Shown piece after piece: positions 30,801 through 38,348 of a stretch of 64,000 nt of DNA (position 1 is the first letter of the stretch; each line of letters starts with the position of its first letter). The translations under genes and the position numbers were made by a program. This DNA is from an uncultured virus (IMG/VR IMGVR_UViG_3300044679_000029) (lineage: Duplodnaviria; Heunggongvirae; Uroviricota; Caudoviricetes), in IMG/VR virus record IMGVR_UViG_3300044679_000029, positions 1 to 64,000 of that record; one strand, given 5' to 3'. Below the pieces are notes generated by a model, which did not search any database, was not told where the DNA came from, and saw only the letters and a program-made list of their open reading frames with translations.

Positions 30801-32125
30801 TATAACTCAGCAGCCGAGATGTGTTCGAGCTTGCCGGTTTTCCGATTGAGGACCACAGTATACAAATTACCAGCATCATCTCTGAAAGCACTAATGGTAG
30901 CACGAATATCTACACCAACTTTTCCGGATTCTGGGGTACGTATAGGGTCAAGAATACCAAACTGCGTAGGATGTAACTCACGGACTTCGTCTGGCACAGC
31001 AGATTCAGATGCGATGCCACCTTCACCCATTAGAGTTACGCGATTAGCCGTGTCGGATATCTCCATGGGGTTGATCTGAGTTGGGATACTTGACACATCA
31101 GACGTAGTAATGAAACTACGAATGTGATCTGTGAACATAGACGGAGGTACTACTTTAGAGATAACCGGGTCATGACCGGCGTGGTCTAATTTAAACGCGA
31201 TCTTTCTTTTTAGTTCTTTAGCAGCGAATCCAAGATTTTCGCGTAAAAAATCTGTCCCACTATGGTAAGTCTTAAACGCGATAGAATTTCTATCGTCGAT
31301 TTCTTCTGCGTTTTTAAAGATATTTAGAAGTTTGTGCGATGCCTTAAGCATGACTTCGGGCGTTACTTTATCAGCAGGAATACCCAAAGTAGTCTGATTA
31401 ACCTCTGGATCCATCACGGTTCTACTGTAATACTCTTTTATAGCTGCTATCTTACCGGCGTGGTCTAGCGGCTCTTGCGCGAAATCTGGAATTAGTTTTT
31501 CGTAAAGTTTGGTAATTACGCCTTCAGTCTTCTTGCCGTGTTTTTCGTTATTCTTATCTGCCAGAGCAGCGCCCCATGCTTTAGCGATGTCTGCGTGCGG
31601 TACGCCTAAGGACGTTAATATGGGGTACAGCGGAATCTTAGATGTTTGAAACTCAACATTAAATACGCCTGATTCAGGTTCCATGCCAATACGGAAGTTA
31701 CGACCTTTTGCAAGATTGAAACTCGACTCTAATTCTTCATTCCCGCGTCTACGTGAATAAACACCGGACTTAAGACGCAGCTGATTAGCGACTGAATATT
31801 CGTTACCCCCTACTACGTAAGTTTGTCTTTCAGTCATCCACGGAGCGTTTAATACTGTAACCTGTTTTGAGCGCTCTAAGACTTTACCGTCCTTATCCTT
31901 TAGAATTAGATTAGCTTTAATGGGCTCATAAAGTGAACCGCCAGACAAAAGAGCATCCTTCTGTTCGGATGTACTAAAGTCCTTTTCATGTACAGTAGGA
32001 TTTTCTAGGTGAATGCTAAACTTGGAACCAGCAATAGGAAAAGCTGCCTGGATACCCTCCAGGAGTTTTGTTCTTAATTGCTTGCGGTGTTCTTCGGCCG
32101 GAAGAGATAGGGCTTCGAGAATCAT
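27758..32125 (-). CDS. multisubunit RNA polymerase: beta subunit fused to N-terminal/catalytic beta'
   Basis: RELHPTQFG.LDP..TPES, NRLIMGSKM..QA, GDKLSGRFGNKG, SRIN..Q, GRMEV; then GFFD, IPVIPP..RP, NRAPSLH, SMDYDGD. Confidence 0.95.
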   Translation of the reverse strand: MILEALSLPAEEHRKQLRTKLLEGIQAAFPIAGSKFSIHLENPTVHEKDFSTSEQKDALLSGGSLYEPIKANLILKDKDGKVLERSKQVTVLNAPWMTERQTYVVGGNEYSVANQLRLKSGVYSRRRGNEELESSFNLAKGRNFRIGMEPESGVFNVEFQTSKIPLYPILTSLGVPHADIAKAWGAALADKNNEKHGKKTEGVITKLYEKLIPDFAQEPLDHAGKIAAIKEYYSRTVMDPEVNQTTLGIPADKVTPEVMLKASHKLLNIFKNAEEIDDRNSIAFKTYHSGTDFLRENLGFAAKELKRKIAFKLDHAGHDPVISKVVPPSMFTDHIRSFITTSDVSSIPTQINPMEISDTANRVTLMGEGGIASESAVPDEVRELHPTQFGILDPIRTPESGKVGVDIRATISAFRDDAGNLYTVVLNRKTGKLEHISAAELYKHAVAFPKKDFPKSGKVDVLHKGVIYSKPVSEVEFIIPHSNFLYSTATNLVPFPESSQGNRLIMGSKMVSQALPLKEREQPLVQVASWRKGRTMEGELGEQATPNSPVKGKITKIDKDFIYIAPSHVKHGAEGKKEELVKVPYYTDFPLASKTYLHHDLIVKEGDHVEENQQLGESNFTKDGKLALGKNMNVAFMAYNGLNSNDGIVISEGAAKKLTSLGMYKHVFEADANTRAGKNSHKAYFGNKYTADNYDSLDDDGVIKKGKIIQPGDPLLVSLSKKEPSPQEAMLGKLSKSLLKPYRDASLTWDGEFPAKIIDVKKDPKRTMITVSTEEPMLLGDKLSGRFGNKGVISAIIPDDRMPRDAKGNPIDVLLTSAGVISRINPAQVIEMAVAKAAQAKGKPIAVESFSGKDNVEYAKRLLREQGLSDKETIYDPVTDKKIPGINVGPMYMFKLFKTTKSNYSAHGIGPGYDVNEQPLRGGEEGSKGLGRMEVSCLLAHNARNILKENAVLRSQKNDDFWQRYRLGLPLPQLKSSFAYNKFIAMLQGAGIKVNKTDDNLLLSPMTDNDVNELSSGKITTQDFVRAKDLKPEEGGFFDPNTTGGLSGTKWSHIQLSEPILNPVFHDSARRFLGLTSGGMDAMLKEHGAKHVEKLLSDIDLSSRSRSLKLQLPGLKGTKFDDAVKQLKYINALKENNLTPDKAYIMRKIPVIPPIMRPILPGHGGRMQISDANSLYRDVFLANDALVASKDLTDKDKENAREHLDHSVAALFGLREPVSPQNASRGVKGFLSLIAGQGSPKYGFFQSKIIKKNLDLSGRATVAPDNQLGMDELGVPEQMLWGMMEPFISRRLIRGGRTALEAKKMIEDQHPAARNALIAETKERPVLFNRAPSLHKYNIIGNWAIPISGKTVRVPSGWADAGMSMDYDGDAVSLHVPVTPAAVEEAKRMTTSNLILHNRTKGLMVQPSHEAVIGVYKATCEHESGKRTTKFKNLEDAKASYARGTTQLGDPVEVG

Positions 32126-32214
32126 GACTAATTATAGCCTTGGTCGGATAAGGGTGGAATGTGGTATAAGAGATATGGTATACTGCAATATAACCATTCA
32201 CCAAGGAGAATGCA

Positions 32215-33011
32215 ATGTATTTTACTCTCGTAGCCTGTGTTGCTGTTGGCTGTCTTCCTGTAATCTGTGAGGGCATCAAGTGGTATTGGAAAACCGGTTT
32301 TGCCTATATCTTCGACGGATTCGGCGATTAAGCAATTAATCACCGTTTTATGGTATAAGATATAGACATCTAAACCCCCATTTTCAGCCGGAGACCCCAA
32401 ACATGGAAAAGCTCAAGAAGGCAGTCAACCGAACGGTTCGCGCGGCCCTGTTCACAATAGCGTTTTACACAATCTCATTCGGAGTAGCGTACGCTGTAAC
32501 TGCGGCGTATGACAAACTATTCACCCCCAAATCCAAGGATAAGGAGAGCCGAAAATGATGAAGCTCGCAGATGCAATAGTCAAGACAGCCGTTGACACGT
32601 TGTGTCTGATCGTCGCTGGCGCTTTCGTAATTGCACTCCTTGATTCTGAGGAAACAGAAGAAGATTCTTCTCCAGCCAAGCCGGAGGTTCATTAACATGC
32701 AATACCAGGGTTGGAATGACTACTGGGTCATTCAGAGAAATCGCAAGTTCACGCAGTGGCTAAGCATTCTTCTTGCGGTCATTGCGCTGGTCATGTGCGC
32801 GTTTGTAGCAAAGCGCGCACGCGCAGCAGAACCAGATGCCGCCGTAATGTTGCGACCTTGGCAATTCTGCCGTCGTCGCGTCGACAAGTATTCTCACAGG
32901 CGAAAGTGGTGCTGGAACACCGACATCTGCTATAAATCACGCCAGATCTGCAACCGCTCTTTGACCGAGCAACTGCAATTTGAGCGTAGTACGGGTGCCA
33001 AAACCAGGTGA
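32215..33011 (+). CDS. four small single-TM proteins (32215-32331, 32403-32558, 32555-32695, 32697-33011)
   Basis: Each has an SD and one hydrophobic stretch; TGGTATAAG at 32162 and 32351. Confidence 0.6.
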
Positions 33012-34036
33012 ACCCTCAACCAGGAGTACACTTGAAAAGATCAATACATAGCAGAGCAGAAGTGGATGAAATCATCGTTAGAACGTGTCGCATGGAATCA
33101 CAGGTAGAACTGTTGGTGATCCAAATTGAGGAAGCCAAAATAGAACTACCATTCTTGCCGCCGATGCTACAGGCGAGAACCCTCCAAAATATCATTCAAT
33201 GGCAGAGTGCTATTTCGGATGTAGAGCGAACCATTGCTCGGGCAAAAAAGGCGCTAGTAATGATAATAGCGTCGAACAAGGACGTAGCGCGCGCATGAGT
33301 AGAAGCAGTCGAAAGAAAGAAGATGCGAAGGTTCTTTGTTGGTACGTTCGGAGGCACCTCGGACGGAAGCACGATACCGACCTGTATATAAGAGCGGTAT
33401 TTGCCATCCACGAGTTCAGGGCTAAGTACCCTGAAGTTCGTGTTGAGGAGATAGCTAAGTATGGCGACAAAGCTGGCAGTTAACGTACACGACGACAGCT
33501 GTATTTCCTGCAAGAAGCCCGTCGATCCCTCGAAGCAACGACAGGCTTTCATCCACGATCACTGCGAGCCAATTCAATTTTGGCCAAAGTGGCGGCGAGA
33601 GCAGGTTTTCGTAGACCGCGAGAAGGTTCTCGCCAATCGGGCGAAGAAGCTCGCTTCAGCAGAGGCATCTCGGTAGATGTGGGTGAGGACGCTGTGGGTC
33701 TTTGCGTCCCATCCTGTTTCAAAGAAGTTACTTCTCGTGCTCGGAACTGCGACGAAAAAGGCGCTCGGGTTCTGAACACACTGGTAGCAAACCCCAATCG
33801 GGAAGGCATTTATGGGCAGAAAGCTTTTGAGGTTTCTCGACGAGTTGAACGCAAAATCAGCGGACCGTCTCCCCGAACACACGATAGCAAGATTCATCCG
33901 GGAAGCAGTTGGGACTGATTCACCCGTCGATAATGCAGAGCTTGATGCACAGCTGGATCAGCTGATTGGGCTTGCAAAGCAGGCCCGAAATCAGCTGAAA
34001 TCTAAGCACAAGGAAAACGCAGAATATGAGAATTAG
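33008..34036 (+). other. small hypothetical ORFs (33008-33298, 33295-33483, 33461-33676, 33812-34036)
   Basis: Overlapping start/stop junctions lead into rpsL. Confidence 0.5.
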
Positions 34037-34439
34037 TCAGTTGGTCCGTTTGGGCCGAAAGAAAGTCCACAAGAAGAGCAAGTCGCCTGCATTGATGGGC
34101 AGCCCACAACTCAGCGGGACTGTTCTCCAAAGCAAGGTCATGAAGCCAAAGAAGCCGAATAGCGCAAATCGTCACATCGCGCGCATCCGACTGAGTAATG
34201 GCCGTGAAGTCACCGCTTACTGCGGTGGAGAGAACTCCAACGTGCAAGAGCACGCTCACGTTCTCGTTCGCGGTGGCCGAGTCCCGGATTTGCCGGGTGT
34301 GAAGTATCACATCGTACGCGGCGCTTTGGATTATTCCGGCGCCAATTGCATGAGCAAGTGCACCGCTGAACCCGGCAACGCTGGTGACAAGAAGATGCGT
34401 AACCAGGGCCGGTCGAAGTACGGTGTGAAGGCTCATTAA
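34026..34439 (+). CDS. rpsL: ribosomal protein uS12, divergent
   Basis: [73 protein letters not shown]. Confidence 0.95.
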   Translation: MRISQLVRLGRKKVHKKSKSPALMGSPQLSGTVLQSKVMKPKKPNSANRHIARIRLSNGREVTAYCGGENSNVQEHAHVLVRGGRVPDLPGVKYHIVRGALDYSGANCMSKCTAEPGNAGDKKMRNQGRSKYGVKAH

Positions 34440-34444
34440 CAGAT

Positions 34445-34499
34445 TGACAAACAAGCGGACCGTAGGCTTAGAAGTAGCCATCGGTCCGCTTGTTTGTCA
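34445..34499 (+). other. perfect 18-bp stem-loop directly after rpsL
   Basis: TGACAAACAAGCGGACCG ... CGGTCCGCTTGTTTGTCA. Confidence 0.75.
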
Positions 34500-34849
34500 T
34501 GTTGTCTTGTGGACACACTAACCAAGGAATAGCAATATGTCAACCAAAGTAATCGAAGCCGAGATAGTACAACCGTCGTAAAGCCGGAGTTGATCGACAA
34601 CCGCGTGACGCGAGGCAAGCTCGGAGCGTTCAAGAACAGCCTCAAGGGTGGCGCCGCGCAGTTGGCACTTCCTCCCGCGAAGAAGAACAAGAAGACTAAG
34701 TAACACCTTGTGGGCACACCAGAAACAAACTAGACCACTTGGGGATGAGTCGGCTAATCCATAGCGTCTATCTCGCATCTGGTCATTTAAAGTGCTGGTC
34801 ACTGCCCCACGTTTTATGCCCCGTCGTAACACCAACCAAGGAGAACACA

Positions 34850-35062
34850 ATGTCGCTAGACACAGAGCCACTCGTATTCGATGTGCTTGGCCCGGATGGC
34901 GAGCCAGTTCAATTCGAAAGAGCACATAGCATTCCGCTGCGCGTCACTGAGAATGAATTGACGTGGCTGTTTGCTGTCGTGAAGAAGCACGATCCAAAAG
35001 GGCAAATGGAGAGCATCCATGAGCAGCTCTTGGCTCAACTCACAAGGTGGTCGAGCCTGTAA
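34850..35062 (+). CDS. hypothetical protein
   Basis: AAGGAG SD before MSLDTEP. Confidence 0.6.
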   Translation: MSLDTEPLVFDVLGPDGEPVQFERAHSIPLRVTENELTWLFAVVKKHDPKGQMESIHEQLLAQLTRWSSL

Positions 35063-35070
35063 TTAAGGTC

Positions 35071-35157
35071 GGGCCTGTGGCGAAACTGGTAGACGCACTG
35101 GACTCAAAATCCGGCGCCCTTCGATAAGGCATCTCGGTTCGAGTCCGAGCGGGCCCA
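35071..35157 (+). tRNA. tRNA-Leu (CAA); CCA end not encoded
   Basis: Acceptor stem GGGCCTG/CGGGCCC-A, D-loop TGGTAGAC, anticodon arm CTGGA-CT CAA AA-TCCGG, long variable arm, T arm GGTTCGAGTCC. Confidence 0.93.
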
Positions 35158-35169
35158 TAAGGAGATAAC

Positions 35170-35466
35170 ATGCAACAAGTTTTCATCGTAATTGGTTCTA
35201 CCGGCGAGTATGACGACCATACTGAATGGACGGTAGCGGCGTACGCGACGGAGATCGAAGCAACTTGGCATGCGCGCAAAGCTGAGATGTGGGCGGATGC
35301 TAATGCGGAACAGTTTAGGGAACATAGTTGCTCTTGTAGTCCACTAGTAAATCCGTACGACGAGGATATGCAAATGGATTACAGCGGCACTAGCTATTCT
35401 GTTCAGGGGCCGCTCGCTATTCTAACGCGGAAACAAACTGAGGACCGCGTTAAGGGAATAACATGA
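35170..35466 (+). CDS. hypothetical phage protein
   Basis: AAGGAG SD; VFIV.GSTGEYDD..EW.V motif. Confidence 0.65.
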   Translation: MQQVFIVIGSTGEYDDHTEWTVAAYATEIEATWHARKAEMWADANAEQFREHSCSCSPLVNPYDEDMQMDYSGTSYSVQGPLAILTRKQTEDRVKGIT

Positions 35467-35599
35467 AAATCATCTGCGACAGGAACACGAAATGACAACG
35501 GTAGAAATAACAAAAACGACATCGAAGTCGCTCTGAGCAGGGCCACCGAAGGAAACGTTACAATTTATGTCGACGATCTTGTTCGACTAGGAGACTAAA

Positions 35600-36232
35600 A
35601 TGAAATGGTTCTCAGAAGTAAAACCACTCGGGGACATTCGTCTCCCGGCTTTCATGGGTATCAGAATTCAGATGATGCCCGTGATTCTGGGCTACATGGA
35701 TAGCATTCCGTACGAGCTTCGGCACTTTCGAGAGACCATTCTCAGAATATTCTGCTTGATGGATCAGAAGCACATCGGACAGACTGGCTACTTGACCATC
35801 GATGAGAAGTTCGTCAGATTCGGTCAATTCCACCGGCGGTCGGGTTTGCACGTCGATGCTGGTGGGTGGGGTGGCAGTGGACCAAGGCATCCCGCCGCGA
35901 GCGCAGACAATGGCATGATCGTGACGCAGAGCCACGAGCACACTGTTGCCTACCACCAAGCATTCGAAGGTGAGATTGGTGAAGAGGGTGATTGCAAGTG
36001 TTTGCGTCGACAGGCAATAGCACCGAATCCTCTCAAGGCTTTCAAAGCCTACTGGCTCAGTGGGCTGACAGTCCACGGACACATCTCGCCAATGCTTCAA
36101 GACACAGCACGGCAATTCGTGCGACTGAGTTTGCCGTCTGACGCGCCGTGGTTTGACGGCTACACCGAAAACCCTTTGGGCGTCAAACCTACAGGTCCGG
36201 TGCTACCAAGACGCAAGTTCATGGATTTGTGA
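35600..36232 (+). CDS. 2OG-Fe(II) dioxygenase-like protein
   Basis: HRR.GLHVD (HxD), a distal His (VHGH) and RQFVRL; jelly-roll-like spacing. Confidence 0.6.
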   Translation: MKWFSEVKPLGDIRLPAFMGIRIQMMPVILGYMDSIPYELRHFRETILRIFCLMDQKHIGQTGYLTIDEKFVRFGQFHRRSGLHVDAGGWGGSGPRHPAASADNGMIVTQSHEHTVAYHQAFEGEIGEEGDCKCLRRQAIAPNPLKAFKAYWLSGLTVHGHISPMLQDTARQFVRLSLPSDAPWFDGYTENPLGVKPTGPVLPRRKFMDL

Positions 36233-36261
36233 TTTCGGGTCAAAATCTGGTATAAGATATT

Positions 36262-36911
36262 GATCCGCGAATCATCGCTTCGCGATGCATGAGGCGGTAG
36301 ATCAATCCTGGTCTGGATAGTTCCAGGACCTTGGGTCTATCGCCTCACGTTAACTCTGGGCCTGTAAGCGTGTGTGCCAGCACAGTATGAGAACATCCGG
36401 TCGTTACAGCCGGTTAGGGACCAGTGACCCCCGGACATTGGTCCGGGGATAGGCCTGATGTAACCTCCGTCGCTGGCTTGGCGACGAACCTGAAATGCGT
36501 GCTCATTTGTGGGCCGCTGATTGTAAGGGACAAGTCAAACCACTTGGCTGCGGGTCGCCACCGCGGTGTTTCGAGAATTATAAGTGGGCCAGGGTTTCTC
36601 GTTACCTGGCACTTTTCAAACTGCCCGGCCGAAACGAGACCGGTTTAAAGTGTTCGCGAACTTCAGATCAGTTGGGACTGAACTAGTTCCCAGGTCAAGT
36701 CGCGATCTAAAAATCTCCTACAAAAAGCCCGATCCTGCAAGACCGGGTAATAAAAAGGAGTAGCCTTGCAGGGCGTTTAACGGGATGACGTAAATCGGGC
36801 GCGCGAGGCTGATACCTTGCGATGCTGACAGAATACGAAAACTCTCGTCAGGTTTGTGCTCTGGACCCATGGGTGGACGCCGGGGCACAAACCTGCTGTG
36901 TTCTTCGCAGC
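36262..36911 (+). ncRNA. putative large structured non-coding RNA (~650 nt)
   Basis: Starts just after TGGTATAAG (36248); no credible ORF; at least 12 hairpins with G-U pairs on the plus strand. Confidence 0.65.
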
Positions 36912-36941
36912 ACAAACCCGTAGCAAGAAAGAGGCAATCAC

Positions 36942-37127
36942 ATGAGAACCGTTGAGTACTACTCCAAACTGAACGCGATCTGTGCTGAGTACTGCCCCAA
37001 GCTGGACGCGTGCGACGCTGAGTCCTGCTCCAAACTGAACGCGCTCAAAGCCGAGTTCAAGTCCAAGCTGGACGCGCTCGACGCTGAGTCCCACCTCAAC
37101 CAGCCCGCCGTCAGCACAAACCCGTAG
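36942..37127 (+). CDS. 11-residue-repeat mini-protein 1 (61 aa)
   Basis: GAGG SD in the linker; SKLnAl.AEy. repeats. Confidence 0.65.
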   Translation: MRTVEYYSKLNAICAEYCPKLDACDAESCSKLNALKAEFKSKLDALDAESHLNQPAVSTNP

Positions 37128-37145
37128 CAAGAAAGAGGCAATCAC

Positions 37146-37382
37146 ATGAGAACCGTTGACAAATTCAATTCCAATGAGTACTGCTCCAAGCTGGACGCGA
37201 TCAATGCTGAGCGCGACTCCAAGCTGGACGCGATCAATGCTGAGTACTTCTCCAAGCTGGACGCGATCAATGCTGAGCGCGACTCCAAGCTGGACGCGAT
37301 CAGTGCTGAGCGCGACTCCAAGCTGGACGCGCTCGACGCTGAGTACCACCTCAACGAGCCCGCCGTCAGCACAAACCCGTAG
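37146..37382 (+). CDS. 11-residue-repeat mini-protein 2 (78 aa)
   Basis: SKLDAINAERD repeats. Confidence 0.65.
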   Translation: MRTVDKFNSNEYCSKLDAINAERDSKLDAINAEYFSKLDAINAERDSKLDAISAERDSKLDALDAEYHLNEPAVSTNP

Positions 37383-37400
37383 CAAGAAAGAGGCAATCAC

Positions 37401-37817
37401 ATGAAAACCTTTGTTGACGAAATCAAGTCCAAGATGAACGCGTTCAGTGCTGAGTACTTCTCCAAGCTGGACGCGCGCGACGCTGAGTACAAGTCCAGGC
37501 TGGACGCGATCAGTGCTGAGTACAAGTCCAAGGCTGAGTTCAAGTCCAAGCGGAACGCGATCAATGCTGCGTACGACTCCAAGCGGAACGCGATCAACGC
37601 TGGGTACTTCTCCAAGCTGAACGCGTTCAGAGCCGAGTGCAGGTCCAAGCTGAACGCGCTCAGTGCTGAGTACGACTCCAAGCTGAACGCGATCAACGCT
37701 GGGTACTTCTCCAAGCTGAACGCGTTCAGAGCCGAGTGCAGGTCCAAGCTGAACGCGCTCAGTGCTGAGTACTTCCCCAAGCTGGAAGCGCTCATTGCTG
37801 AGTACCACCTCAACTAG
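37401..37817 (+). CDS. 11-residue-repeat mini-protein 3 (138 aa)
   Basis: About 11 repeat units. Confidence 0.65.
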   Translation: MKTFVDEIKSKMNAFSAEYFSKLDARDAEYKSRLDAISAEYKSKAEFKSKRNAINAAYDSKRNAINAGYFSKLNAFRAECRSKLNALSAEYDSKLNAINAGYFSKLNAFRAECRSKLNALSAEYFPKLEALIAEYHLN

Positions 37818-37859
37818 CCCGCCGTCAGCACAAACCCGTAGCAAGAAAGAGGCAATCAC

Positions 37860-38024
37860 ATGAGAACCGTTGACAAATTCAATTCCAAGCTGTACGCGCT
37901 CGGTGCTGAGTACGACTCCAAGCTGTACGCGATCAACGCTGAGTACAGATCCAAGCTGAACGCGATCAATGCTGAGTACTTATCCAAGCTGAAAGCGCTC
38001 GACGCTGAGTCCCACCTCAACTAG
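37860..38024 (+). CDS. 11-residue-repeat mini-protein 4 (54 aa); not in ORF track
   Basis: MRTVDKFNSKLYALGAEYDSKLYAINAEYRSKLNAINAEYLSKLKALDAESHLN*. Confidence 0.65.
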   Translation: MRTVDKFNSKLYALGAEYDSKLYAINAEYRSKLNAINAEYLSKLKALDAESHLN

Positions 38025-38066
38025 CCCGCCGTCAGCACAAACCCGTAGCAAGAAAGAGGCAATCAC

Positions 38067-38348
38067 ATGAGAACCGTTGACAAATTCAATTCCAAACTGA
38101 ACGCGATCAGTGCTGAGTCCAGGATAAACGCGATCAGTGCTGAGTACGACTCCGAGCTGAACGCGATCAATGCTGAGTACTGCTCCAAGATGAACGCGCT
38201 CAGTGCTGAGTACTGCTCCGAGCTGGACGCGTGCGACGCTGGTCACTGCTCCAAACTGAACGCGCTCAAAGCCGAGCTCAAGTCCGAGCTGGACGCGCTC
38301 GACGCTGAGTCCCACCTCAACCAGCCCGCCGTCAGCACAAACCCGTAG
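38067..38348 (+). CDS. 11-residue-repeat mini-protein 5 (93 aa)
   Basis: Same unit; its 3' part closely matches mini-protein 1. Confidence 0.65.
   Translation: MRTVDKFNSKLNAISAESRINAISAEYDSELNAINAEYCSKMNALSAEYCSELDACDAGHCSKLNALKAELKSELDALDAESHLNQPAVSTNP

Noticed and set aside
21500-34439. Host rpoB-rpoC-rpsL operon (bacterial contamination)
   Set aside because: The RNAP is highly divergent and split differently, lies on the opposite strand from rpsL, has no rpsG, fusA or rplL nearby, and is surrounded by phage genes.
36262-36911. tmRNA, RNase P RNA or a group I/II intron
   Set aside because: No tRNA-like ends or tag ORF, no GAGGAAAGUCC, no recognisable intron core, and no interrupted flanking gene.
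36777-37859. 360-aa minus-strand ORF and other alternative-frame ORFs over the array
   Set aside because: These are by-products of stop-free 33-nt repeats. The SD, ATG and stop signals in the linker support the plus-strand frames.
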